Source: an uncultured Methanosarcinaceae archaeon (lineage in GTDB: Archaea; Halobacteriota; Methanosarcinia; Methanosarcinales; Methanosarcinaceae). From it: a stretch of DNA of 64,000 nt. The stretch is from NCBI GenBank assembly GCA_963721455.1, contig CAVRJG010000054.1, positions 175,215-239,214 on the forward strand. Reading direction: 5' to 3'. The position numbers were made by a program, and so were the translations under genes. This document shows positions 1-10,868 of the stretch, piece by piece (the first letter of the stretch is position 1; each line of letters opens with the position of its first letter). A model generated the notes under the pieces. It did not search any database. It was not told the DNA's origin and saw nothing but the letters and a program-made list of their open reading frames with translations.

Positions 1-1089
1 AGGGAATTCCCCAAACTCAGGCACTTTTATAAGGGAAATAAGTTCGATTTTCCTGAGGTCTTCGGTTATCCCGTACTCGCTCAGATCAGCGTCATAAAGG
101 TCGCGGAGGGCCAGGTAGTCAAAGGGGGCATGTGCAGGCACGCTCATAACTATTCCGCTTCCGTTTTCAGGCCTGACAAAGGATGCAGGAAGGGAGATTA
201 CTTCGTCGTCTGTTACCGGGTTTGTGAGTTGGATCCCTATTATGGATTTTGCAGGTACATCCTCGATATACTCAACTGTCCGGTCCGTAAAAGTGAGTTT
301 TCTGAAAGCTTCCTTGCTGACAACCCAGAACTCTTCGTTTCCGTCCTTTTCGACTCTTGCCTTTACGTAATCCACGTCCGGGTTGACCCACAGGTTAGTT
401 ACTCCGTATGTCGTTTCCGGCCTGAGAGTGGCACAGGGGAGAACGAGGTCTTTATACCTGAACTTTATCAGCGTATATTCGATAATCGTAGCTTCTTCCC
501 CGTACAGGATGTCGTGGTCCTCCACAGGGTTATTGTCATTCGGACACCATTTTACCGGATGGGAGCCCTTCACGATCAGGCCCTTTTCTTCAAGCCGGAT
601 ATACTGCCACTCAATGAACTTTTTGTAAGTTGGGTCAGTTGTCGTGAACTTGCGCCTCCAATCAATGGAGTACCCTATCATACGCATGGCTTTCTCGGCT
701 TCATGCTTGAAATAGTCAACAATTTTTTCAGGAGTATCGAGCGTTGGCAGGATATCCCCTGGAATCCCATGCAGCCGTTCATAGACGTCCATTGTCTGGG
801 GGTCCCGGCTTGCAATCAATTCGGCAAGCCCGACAATAGGCGTGCCTGTCACATGAAAGCCCATAGGGTAAAGCACGTTGTACCCGAGCATCCGCTTGTG
901 CCTTGCCACAACATCGCCTATTGTAAAGGTCCGGGTATGTCCTGCATGCAGATTCCCGTTCAGGTAGGGGTAGGGGATCGTTATGAAAAACTTTTCCCGC
1001 TTATCGGGCTCAGCCTGGAAAATCCCGCTCTCAGTCCATTTTTTCTGCCATTTCGTTTCGATCTCGTGAGGCTTATAGTCCTGCTCCAT
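1..1089 (-). CDS. leuS: leucyl-tRNA synthetase, N-terminal part (runs off the window start)
   Basis: Not in the ORF track. Hand translation from ATG at 1089 gives MEQDYKPHEIETKWQKKW...FFITIPYPYLNGNLHAGH (class I HIGH-type motif)...YPMGFHVTGTPI, typical of archaeal LeuRS. Confidence 0.93.
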   Translation of the reverse strand, partial: MEQDYKPHEIETKWQKKWTESGIFQAEPDKREKFFITIPYPYLNGNLHAGHTRTFTIGDVVARHKRMLGYNVLYPMGFHVTGTPIVGLAELIASRDPQTMDVYERLHGIPGDILPTLDTPEKIVDYFKHEAEKAMRMIGYSIDWRRKFTTTDPTYKKFIEWQYIRLEEKGLIVKGSHPVKWCPNDNNPVEDHDILYGEEATIIEYTLIKFRYKDLVLPCATLRPETTYGVTNLWVNPDVDYVKARVEKDGNEEFWVVSKEAFRKLTFTDRTVEYIEDVPAKSIIGIQLTNPVTDDEVISLPASFVRPENGSGIVMSVPAHAPFDYLALRDLYDADLSEYGITEDLRKIELISLIKVPEFGEFP

Positions 1090-1336
1090 TCATGTTCACG
1101 CCCATCGATTATTTTGATGTTAAAAGAATCTGAATACAATCGTAAGAATATGAATAATAACAGTAAACGGTTTCAGGAAACAAATAAGCTATCTCAAGAA
1201 ACCTTAAACGATTGAAGGGTACCGGAACCGGATTATATCGACTTTTCAACGGTTTACGGTACCGGCACTAACTAAAATACTTATCTTTCGACCTATCTCT
1301 GTAATCGAATTTCTAATAAAATCTGTCTTTCAGGTT

Positions 1337-2554
1337 TTATTTCGCCTTTCCGAAGATAGCTTCCCGGATGGATTCTATATTGGCATCCACAACAGTCGGT
1401 TCCTCGCAGATATCAATCACAGCCTGCGGGTCTTTAAGCAGGTGCCCTGTGGTGATGCAGACAACGGTTTCGTCCCTGCTTATAATGCCCATATCAACAA
1501 GTTTCTTAAGCCCTGCGACCGAGGCTGCACTTGCAGGTTCGACACCTATGCCTTCAAGCCTGGCTAGATCCTTCTGGGCTGAAAGAATTTCTTCGTCAGT
1601 GACAGATTCCGCAGTCCCTCCGGATTCCCGGATTGCGCTCAGGGCTTTTTTCGCGTTAACAGGGTTTCCGATCCTGATTGCTGTTGCAACTGTTTCAGGT
1701 TTCTCTTCAGGAGTGATCTCCGGAGCCCCGCTCTTTATGGCTTTTACGATGGGGCAGGAGCCTTCTGCCTGAATTCCGGTCATCTTAGGGAGAGAATCGG
1801 TTATGCCGAGTATCTTAAACTCCCTGAAACCCTTATAAATAGCAGTAATATTCCCTGCGTTTCCTACGGGCAGGACAATCCTGTCAGGCACCCTGAAGCC
1901 GAGCTGGTCTGCAATCTCAAAGCCGATAGTTTTCTGGCCTTCCAGCCTGTAAGGGTTGATCGAGTTCAGGAGATAGATCTTTTCCTGGGAGCAGAGCGTA
2001 CGCACAAGGGTAAGTGCGTCGTCAAAATTTCCGCGGATGCTGAGAACTTTTGCGCCGTGCATCAGGGCCTGGGCAATTTTTCCCAGAGCTACTTTTCCTG
2101 CAGGCAGCAGCACGATCACAGGAATTCCGGCTTTTGCCCCATAGATTGCAAGGGCTGCAGAAGTGTTTCCTGTAGATGCACAGGCAACGGTACTCATGCC
2201 CAGTTCGAGCGCTTTCGTGACCCCGACTGTCATCCCCCTGTCCTTAAAAGAACCTGTCGGGTTCATACCTTCGTGCTTCACATAGAGCTCTTTAATCCCT
2301 ATTTTTTCAGCAAGGCGGTCGCATTTATAAAGGGGCGTCCCACCTTCCCTGATAGTTACAGGCTCCCTTTCTACAGGAAGAAGTTTTGCGTACTTCCAGA
2401 CCGAGGGGCATTCGGTCTTCAGTTTTTCCATGTCAATTTTAATTGAGGAATAGTCATAAATAACATCAAGCAGCCCGTCACATTTGCTGCATGTATAGAT
2501 TACTTCATCTTTGGAATACTCTGCACCGCACTCGATACATTTGAGATAATACAT
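1337..2554 (-). CDS. thrC: threonine synthase
   Basis: NPTGSFKDRG PLP-lysine motif, ASTGNT, PVGNAGN, EPASAAS, N-terminal CxxC zinc ribbon. Confidence 0.95.
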   Translation of the reverse strand: MYYLKCIECGAEYSKDEVIYTCSKCDGLLDVIYDYSSIKIDMEKLKTECPSVWKYAKLLPVEREPVTIREGGTPLYKCDRLAEKIGIKELYVKHEGMNPTGSFKDRGMTVGVTKALELGMSTVACASTGNTSAALAIYGAKAGIPVIVLLPAGKVALGKIAQALMHGAKVLSIRGNFDDALTLVRTLCSQEKIYLLNSINPYRLEGQKTIGFEIADQLGFRVPDRIVLPVGNAGNITAIYKGFREFKILGITDSLPKMTGIQAEGSCPIVKAIKSGAPEITPEEKPETVATAIRIGNPVNAKKALSAIRESGGTAESVTDEEILSAQKDLARLEGIGVEPASAASVAGLKKLVDMGIISRDETVVCITTGHLLKDPQAVIDICEEPTVVDANIESIREAIFGKAK

Positions 2555-2975
2555 TAAATGTCTCCTGTGTCTGATAATTTTGAATTATTCGGATGCCGGG
2601 TTTCAAGCCACGCCCGTTTCAGGTTAGTAAAACCCGGACTTCCGTTCAGCATAATCTGGATTTCGGATTAGTATAATATTAGAGTTTAATAATATTTTGT
2701 ATCCTTAACACTCTACTTACTTTTAAATTATACTGTTTTTTAAAATTGTACTATTTTCAGGCTTTATTCTTTATAATATTCCGTCAGCAGCGGTTATACA
2801 GTGCAAGCCCAGGATTTTCAGAAGGTTATGAAGTACTAAGGATATTACAACTGGTGACATTTTTTGGAAGCACTGACGCAGAGTTAAGACCGGAAGGGCA
2901 GAGGTAAAGGTACCAGGTTTTAAAAGATGACGAGAAGTTAAGGTATTTCTAAAGGTTCAGTTTTTCAGCCTGCTT

Positions 2976-3308
2976 TCAATCCAGCTGATATTCTGTGACT
3001 TCCTTGCTGAGGAAATAACCAAGAACTGTTCTTATCAACACGACCGTACCCAGCAGGAGCAGTTCTTCCTGAGAGGGATTCAGTACGGTTTCCAGGACAT
3101 CGGCTGCAATGAAAAACTCAAGCCCGAAGACAATCTTGTTTGTAAGCTCTTTTCTTACTTGCTGGTAGCTGTAATGTTTCTTCAAAACTTCAATGAGGAT
3201 AACCCCTGAAATTGACCTTAGTCCACCGTATATTATGAGGAGAGAGCCCACAATATTGAACAGAAGTGAGAACGCGTTGATAAACAAGCCTTCAAAAAAT
3301 TCGAATAT
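2976..3308 (-). CDS. DUF1622-family small membrane protein (start ATA 3308 or TTG 3287)
   Basis: Hydrophobic helices with LxxGLEFxIAADxLxT...LLLGxxVLIRTxLxYFLxKE pattern. Confidence 0.75.
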   Translation of the reverse strand: MFEFFEGLFINAFSLLFNIVGSLLIIYGGLRSISGVILIEVLKKHYSYQQVRKELTNKIVFGLEFFIAADVLETVLNPSQEELLLLGTVVLIRTVLGYFLSKEVTEYQLD

Positions 3309-3652
3309 CCTTTTACCACCCCCTTAAAAGCCAGACCGTGAAATCCGGAAAAAACTCCCGATTAGCATTTATTTCTTTGGAATATATATTCTTCCTGTAT
3401 TTACCCTTCAAATCCTATTCAGGAAATAAATTCGATGGAGATAAAACTTGTTTTTTGCGGAAACATAGTTATATAGCAGAGCTTTAAGAGAAAATAGGAT
3501 ATTAACTAAGTTAAACGAGCATAAAAAAGAAACTCGGAAGGAAAAGATTTAGTTTTGTCTCCTTCCGGGCCGAGTTAACTGATAAGGCTTACCGAGTTAC
3601 CTGATCAGGCTTAGAGTGATCGTCTTCCGGACAGAATGTTTTTCCGAACGGT

Positions 3653-6522
3653 TTATTTCTTTTTCGGACTTTCCGGCTGCAGAGCCGGAATTTTTCCGTG
3701 TACTATTCCATAAGCTTCGACAGCTTTCGGGGCTCCGAGAAGGAGTTTTCTAACCCTGTTATAGACACTGGGGAACTTCTGGGGGTCAAGTTCTGCAAGA
3801 AGGCCTGCAAGGATTTTTACCAGTGGGGTATGGTACTTTGCCTCCATCAGGTCTATATTTGCAAAGGCGTTGAGCATATTGACTGTACTGTATTCGTTCA
3901 CAGGAGCCAGTTTTCGCAGGATTTCCGCCAAAAGAGCCCTGCCTTCTTCGGTCTGGAGGGATTTTTTGCGGTTGCGGGCAAAACTTCCGTAAAGGGCACG
4001 CTGGTCGTTTGTCTGCTCAATCCTGAAAGCGTCTGACCTTTCCATTTCCCTGACCAGTTCGACTGCATCAACGCTGCTGTTACTCCCTATTACTGCAAGG
4101 AAGGCTTCCCAGGCAACGAGATTTTGTTTTGATTCGGCTTCAAAAATCCTCAGGACTTCAATTTTGTCAGGCGCCGAGCTGTTCAGGTATGCAGCAAATG
4201 CGCTCAGCCTGTCAGTTGCACAGGTCGCAGTCTCAAACTGCTGTTTTATCATGGCATGAATGTCGGGAGTGTCAAGAGTTGCAAGGATGCCCAGGCAGAC
4301 ATTTTTAGCCTGCCTGCTCTTGATTACCCTGGCGATCTCTTCCAGAGCTCGCATCCCTTTGAGCCGAGGAATTTTCAAAGAAGCGGTAGGCGGAAACAAC
4401 GGAATTCATGTATTTCCAGGCAACTGCCTTCAAGAGCTTCTGTTTTACCTCATAAAGCGCCTGGTATCTGTGGGCAAACTCATCGTCTTCGACTGACTCA
4501 AAGATGGTCAGGAACTGCCCTCCTGCCCTTTCGAGAAGCTGCCGATCGTTCAAAAGCCTGTAGAAAAGTTCGACGAAGTCTTCAGAAGGCCTTGATTCGG
4601 GATTTTTAAGAAGCCTGAGCTTTTCCCTGTCAACCAGGGTATAGAAAGCTGTAAACCTGCCTATGGTGTCTCTGTCTTTTCTTACCTGCATCAGGAGCTC
4701 GTCCTGACCCGCCCTGTAGATGAGTTTCCCGTAAAAAGAATAGCCTCTGTTAAGGGAGAGGAAGGCAGGCATGTCCACGTTTTCAACCGTAATCTCAGCA
4801 GTTTCCCCGCTGACCCTTTCCAGGACTTCCGCAAGGTCATTTCCGTTTTCGTCAACAAGGGCTGCCCTGAATGGGAATTCCCAGGGCTTTCCGCCTTCCG
4901 GAACTTTCTGCTTGAGGAGGAAGGTGAACTTCCTGGCAGCTCTGTCGTATTCGGCTGAAACCTCTACTACAGGAAATTTCATCTGTTTCAGCCAGGTTTC
5001 GGACATTTCCTTTAAGGGCTGCCCGCTTTCTTCTTCCATGGCTTCAATCCAGTCCTGAGTAGCTGCGTTGGAATGCCTGAACTTTTTGAAGTAACGGTCA
5101 AGGCCCCGGACAAATGTATCCTTTCCTATCAGGGACTCGACCATGCGCACATATTCCGGGGCTTTTACGTAGGTGACTGCAGTGATCAGGTCATTCGGGT
5201 CATTGAAGCCGTCAGGAATAATTGGCATGGAAGCTGCCCCGGAATCCAGGGCAAAAGTTCCTGAAGCCGGCGCGAGCAGCTCAAGCACCCTGCCGAGCCT
5301 CTGGTAGTCCTCGCCAAAGAGGAAGGCATGGTACTGTTCTTCCACATGCACTGTCACAGCTTCATTCAACCAGATCTCAAATGGGCTTTTTCCGGTGACT
5401 TCAGACCCATTCTGGTTGTGGTGGTATTCGTGCACCTTGACCCGAATCATATATTCAAGAGCCGGGTCTGTCGTCTGCGGGAAAGGCATTATCCGGTTTG
5501 TGGTAATCGTGGTATTTCCCACGTTTTCCATGCCCCCGAAGTCCGAGTTCTGCATCCCTATTTCCCTGTACACGGTCCCTGTATACCTGTATCCGGGACT
5601 GAGGGATCCGGGCAAGCCCGGCAAGCGTATCCCTGACTTTTCCGAGTTCTTCCAGCGTGGACTCAGGTTTTGCTTCAAGTTTCATTTTCTCTCGCTTGCG
5701 GACAAGCTCAAGGATTTCCTTCCTGACAGGCAGCTTCCCCTCATCGAACTGCTCAGGCCCTGTGAAGAGGTAAACCCACATGACTGAGTCATGCAGGACA
5801 TCAAGGGCTTTTTCGGCAGCCGCTGCGTTTGAATCAGGCGGCACGAGCAGTTCCAGCATGAAGGTGCCCCCGTCAGGATACTCAAATTCCCTGGTGAAAG
5901 TAGCATAAGTCCCCACCCCAAGGAAAAAGAGATACGTAGCCATTGGCGTGACCGAGTTGTCATAGACGATTTTGTCCCGCCCGGGCTTTACGGTGTGCCT
6001 CTCAACCACAACATCCCCGTTTGTGATCAGGTTCGTGTACCGGGAGTCTGCAATGATGGCAGTCTTATAAGTGCATTTTGCGGCCATATCGTCAATGCAA
6101 GGCACAATCCTCTGGAACCCCCACTGCTGGCACTGCGTGATCTGCTGAGGAGGAGCCCCTGCCGGCGTTTCGTCATAGTAAAGCCCCTCAAGGATATTTT
6201 TGGTCGGCCTGCAAACCGTATCCGTAATAACCGCAACCTCAGTATGCGGCGGAATTACTTCCCTGAAATTAATCTCAAGAATCGCATCGTCCTTCCTGTA
6301 TCTGTTAGAAACCTCATACTGTATGCAGCTCACAGCCCGGATCTCAAGGTCCCTGCAGTTCAACTCCAGCTTCTCGATAGGAGCATCCCTGGTTTTAACC
6401 CTGAGCACGGACTTCACATTCGTCCTGTCCTCATAAACATCAAACACCAGGTCCATATGCAAAACGTCAACAGTAAGTTCCCCGAAATCTTCAGGATAAT
6501 ATTTGTAAAGCCTATTCTTCAT
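3653..6522 (-). pseudogene. pepN: M1-family aminopeptidase N split into three frames by two +1 indels (decay or assembly error)
   Basis: ORFs 5455..6522, 4305..5678 and 3653..4399 join into about 955 aa with GGMEN and HEYHH...NEA zinc motifs. Shifts occur near 5610-5612 and about 4350. Confidence 0.85.
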
Positions 6523-6872
6523 AAAAAGGTCACCGAGTAAAATTAATGAGAGTTATATTATGGGATAGAAATGGAAGGTATGAGATTTAAAGGTGTAGTT
6601 TTGAAAAGGAGAACTGTTTTTATTTACTGACTAATTTTCTTAACATGTTTCTCAAATTATAACCTGTTTTAATAAATTAATGTCAGATTGAAAAAAATTG
6701 AATAATAGCTTTTTTAGTTTTTCTAATAGAGTCTATTCGACACTCTTCTTGGGTTTTCTATATAATATTCATTTACAAACTCAAAAAAAGATAAAAGAGA
6801 CAACTATTTATTACTCAAAAATAATTGAAACTTAAAATTATTTGCCAAGACTTTTGGATTAAGATGGTATAG

Positions 6873-8263
6873 ATGAGCAAAATTGAAAGGACTATTGAAT
6901 TTGTCAAAGAATTAGCCGAGAATTTTGGGGCGAAAAATGAAGATATTTTGAATGATTACATATTTCGGAATAACACAAAAGATGATGCTCTCAATCAGGG
7001 TGGAGCATTTTTTGGGTTAATTTCTCCGGAAGAAGAACCATCTGGTCCTTATCATGATTTTTCTCTAGTAATTTTCCCAGATAAAGAAGATAGACCTTGG
7101 TTAATTTCACTTATTGTTGGTTCTCTCGGATTTAAAAATGATTATGAACTTGCAGCTTTGCCTGGTGTGAGAAGATTATATTCTTCAATCATTAGTGAAG
7201 ATGGCTTCTGTAATACCTCTTTTTTGGATATAGAATCCAGTTTGCCGAGGCAACTTACGTAAAAATTCCAAATTTAGAGAAAACTTTAAAAAATTATTCC
7301 AAACTCAAATTAGCTTGTGAGATTATTTGGGAACCTGAATCCGAGGAAGGCAGAAAAATCATAGCAAGATTCATTGCGGCTTATGCACGATTGAGAAACT
7401 TTCCCCGTAACACAGAACAAAGAAAAGCAGTCTCTAAAGCAATAGAAAAAGTCGCAAGATTTAAAGATATGAATGAGGAAAAAGAAGCATTGAGCCTTGT
7501 TTTGAAAAGAAGGTTTGTGATCATTCAAGGTGCGCCTGGGACTGGAAAAACGAGATTAGCAAAGATTATTGCACAAAAGCTTGATTCAGAAATATTCTTT
7601 ACACAATTTCATGCAGAAACCAGTTACAGTGATTTTATCTATGGTATAAAACCTGACCTAGAAGCTGGAGAAGTTTCTTATGTAGAACAGAAGGGTATAT
7701 TTTACAAATCTTTGAAAACAGCCGAGAGTAAACCTGAAAAAAATGTCGTTCTTATTGTGGATGAAATTAATAGGGCAAATTTATCTAATATTTTAGGTCC
7801 AATTTTCTACCTTTTTGAATATCAGTTAGATGATAATTCTGTAGAAATTGACATAGGAGGTGGGTACAGAATACACAACATCCCCTCGAATTATTATGTC
7901 GTCTGTACAATGAACACTGCAGATCGGAGTCTAGCTGTTGTTGATTTTGCTTTAAGACGAAGATTTGCATGGTATACATTAAAACCTCATATCATCGAAC
8001 CAACAGGAAATAACAAATTTTTTAAAGACGATTTCTTGAAGTTTAACGATATATTCAATTGGTATGCAGGTAGTGAAGAACTGTCTTTACAACCCGGACA
8101 AGCCTATTTTATCGCTGAAAATGAAGAGAAAATGAAAGACCGGGTTAAATATGAATTGCTTCCTCTTATCAGAGAATACCTTGCAGAAGGTCTTTTAGTA
8201 AATGCAAAGGATGAGTTTGCCAAGTACTTCTACGACCGAATAGGCGAGGTATTATTTGAATGA
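6873..8263 (+). pseudogene. mcrB: McrB-like AAA+ GTPase with one missing base near 7255-7265
   Basis: GAPGTGKT (Walker A), DEINR (Walker B) and MNTADRS (McrB NxxD signature). The frame of 7391..8263 is open back to about 7262 (KIPNLEKTLKNYSKL...) and abuts ORF 6873..7262. Confidence 0.85.
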
Positions 8264-9633
8264 AGTCTCAGGAAAACATCTTCCTTGAAGTTCCTTGCCT
8301 TACTGAAAAGTCACAATCTATTTCAGGACTATTTCTCGCAAAAAAATGGTTTAAGAAAGCTGATAAGAGATATTTATCTGAATACTTACAGAAATTCATT
8401 GATTATAACAAAGATTCTTTTGATTTTCTTCAAGTCACTCCTAAAATTGAGGGAAGCGGAAAGGGAGTTACTGTAAATTTTAAGTCAGATCGTTTTATTG
8501 GTGCGATTCCACTAAGATCGCCAGATACCGGCAAGCAGATGGGGGATTTTGTAGTTAAGCCCCGGTATACCTCTGCAACTGACCAGTTTTCAGAATATGT
8601 TGAAATTGTAAATCTACTGGAAAATGAAATACTTCCTGAATTCAAGCATTCAATTCCTCTTTTGTCGCAGAATAATATGAGACCTCCTCTCTATTTGGAG
8701 GCGATAAAGTTCGTAAACTTATTCGAAAAAGCAATAAAAACCAAATGGAACAAATTTCAAACAACTAAAAGAATATATAGATATCCAAAATCTCAGGTTG
8801 ATTGGAAGGAATATGTTGAAAAAGAATTCGACCCTGCGAAAAGGTTGCTTTTTCCCTGTCATGACAATATTTTGAGCAAATTCCATAGTGAGTTCTTTGA
8901 ATTAAAATACGTTTATGGCATTGCAAAGAGAGAAATTACTTCTTTTAAGACTCCTCTAAGTATTAAATATCAATATCGAGACACTTTGACGTATTTGGAT
9001 AATGCATTATATGAGTTTCCTGAAAAACTGACAAATGAGCTTCAGATACATATTTCAGATCCAGTCATCATTAAAAAATTAAAGACTCAAGGGAATAAAA
9101 TTCTGAAAGGAAACTTCGAAGAGATTACCTCATGGAGAATTGATTTTTCCCTTCTATTTGAAAAGTATGTCCAATTCATATTCAATCAAATTTCTTTGGA
9201 AATTGGAGCAACCCAGTTAAACAATTGCAAAATTAGACGTTCTTCGCATTTTAGCCCGCTTTGGAGCCTCAATTATTTAGAACCCGATATAATTTTGATG
9301 AAAAATAACTTGGATATCGTAATAGATGCAAAATACAAATCTCACCTCTTCAACTTAAAAAACACTAGCGAAGAGTTAAAAGAAGAACATAGAAAAGATT
9401 TGCATCAAGTACTTGCATATACTGCTTTTACTAAAAACAAGAATAAAGTTGGAATTTTATGCTATCCTTATAATGAACAATACATTTCAGAATTAGATTA
9501 CATTTTCCCGTTTTCTAATACTAAAAGCAAGATCATTTTGTTGGGTATTCCCTTGAATAAATCTAAATTGAATGATCTGAAAAAATTAATTCTCACATAT
9601 CTTTCTGAAATTGAGCGAGAATATTCAATCTAA
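8260..9633 (+). CDS. mcrC: McrC-like PD-(D/E)xK restriction nuclease subunit
   Basis: Overlaps the mcrB stop (ATGA). LFEKYV...EPDI...IDAKYK...DLHQVLAY motifs. Confidence 0.85.
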   Translation: MKSQENIFLEVPCLTEKSQSISGLFLAKKWFKKADKRYLSEYLQKFIDYNKDSFDFLQVTPKIEGSGKGVTVNFKSDRFIGAIPLRSPDTGKQMGDFVVKPRYTSATDQFSEYVEIVNLLENEILPEFKHSIPLLSQNNMRPPLYLEAIKFVNLFEKAIKTKWNKFQTTKRIYRYPKSQVDWKEYVEKEFDPAKRLLFPCHDNILSKFHSEFFELKYVYGIAKREITSFKTPLSIKYQYRDTLTYLDNALYEFPEKLTNELQIHISDPVIIKKLKTQGNKILKGNFEEITSWRIDFSLLFEKYVQFIFNQISLEIGATQLNNCKIRRSSHFSPLWSLNYLEPDIILMKNNLDIVIDAKYKSHLFNLKNTSEELKEEHRKDLHQVLAYTAFTKNKNKVGILCYPYNEQYISELDYIFPFSNTKSKIILLGIPLNKSKLNDLKKLILTYLSEIEREYSI

Positions 9634-10016
9634 TAGGATGTCTTCGCTTTTTATTTTACCCAATTCTTTTTTTCATATCGCTCTGACGTTGCTTCGCTCG
9701 GAACAATAACGGTCAAAGATATTAATCTTTTTTCCGTTTTCTTTTTTTCAGATCTCAACCCAGCTCCCTAAACTATAATTTCCATTATTTTCCACAGCCC
9801 CGTTTTCCATTTATTGATCAGTTCATCACAGCCAAAAAATCAAAGTTACGCTGGCTCACCCCGCTGCAAGCAATGGAGTATGTTTGCGCCCCCGCTCCAA
9901 ATTCCGTAAAGTAAGACAACAAAACGACACTGTTTGTTTCAGCAAAGTTTCATAACAAAAGACTAAGGGACAAATATCGTGTAATTCCCGAAGTAATAAA
10001 ATAGAAAGGGTGAGAT

Positions 10017-10868
10017 TTAATAAAATTTTTCAATCTCATGCTTTACTTCTTCAATAGAAAACTTTTGCCTTACAAGGGGCTTTTCCCGGATAGCCGGCAT
10101 CCTCTCCTCAAGTATATCTCTATCCTTTTTGTAAAAGATGCCGTTCGGGATTTTTTCTTCCCATTCAAGGGACCTTTCAAAGGCTTTTATGCGGTTGTAA
10201 GGGTCATACTCTTCCTCAAGCCTGTAGACTCTGTCCCGGTACCATTTAAAAGTGTTAACCTTGTTGAAAGTGACACACGGCTGAAGAATATCAAGAAGGG
10301 CAAAGCCTTTGTGTGTTATGGCAGCCTTCATAAGCTCTTTGAGATGCTCCTGGTCTCCTGCAAAACCCCGGGCTACGAAACTGCAGTCCTGGGAAATTGC
10401 CATAGCAAGAGGATTCATTGGCTCTGAAAGGACACCATAAGGCTGGATTTTCGTCTGGGTTCCCCGGGCTGTAGTAGGAGATGCCTGTCCCTTAGTCAGT
10501 CCATAGATCTGGTTATTATGCACGAACAGCGTAATATTCGGGTTCCTGCGGATTGCATGAAGGAAGTGGTTTCCTCCTTCCCCGTAACAGTCCCCGTCGC
10601 CTGCTACTGCGATTACGTGCAGGGAATGATTGGCAAGTTTTGCAGCCGTAGCCACAGGCAGGGTTCTTCCATGCAGCCCGTTAAATGTATGGCATTTAAT
10701 GTAGTGGGGCAGTTTTCCAGCCTGTCCTATCCCCGAAACCACGAGGAGTTCCCACGGCTCAATGCCAAGTTCTACAAGTGCCTGCTTGATGGTCGAAAGG
10801 ATCTGGAAATTTCCGCACCCCGGACACCAGGCCGGAACCTGTCCTTTGTAAGCTTCAGATGTAGGCAT
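10017..10868 (-). CDS. korB: 2-oxoacid:ferredoxin oxidoreductase beta subunit
   Basis: WCPGCG, GDGD TPP motif, [22 protein letters not shown]. Confidence 0.9.
   Translation of the reverse strand: MPTSEAYKGQVPAWCPGCGNFQILSTIKQALVELGIEPWELLVVSGIGQAGKLPHYIKCHTFNGLHGRTLPVATAAKLANHSLHVIAVAGDGDCYGEGGNHFLHAIRRNPNITLFVHNNQIYGLTKGQASPTTARGTQTKIQPYGVLSEPMNPLAMAISQDCSFVARGFAGDQEHLKELMKAAITHKGFALLDILQPCVTFNKVNTFKWYRDRVYRLEEEYDPYNRIKAFERSLEWEEKIPNGIFYKKDRDILEERMPAIREKPLVRQKFSIEEVKHEIEKFY

Noticed and set aside
130-1215. 361-aa plus-strand ORF
   Set aside because: Antisense shadow of leuS, which the ORF track missed because it lacks a stop inside the window.
1219-2643. Inverted repeats upstream of leuS (about 1219-1264) and thrC (about 2596-2637) as T-box or riboswitch leaders
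   Set aside because: Only simple imperfect stems; no T-box or aptamer consensus is visible.
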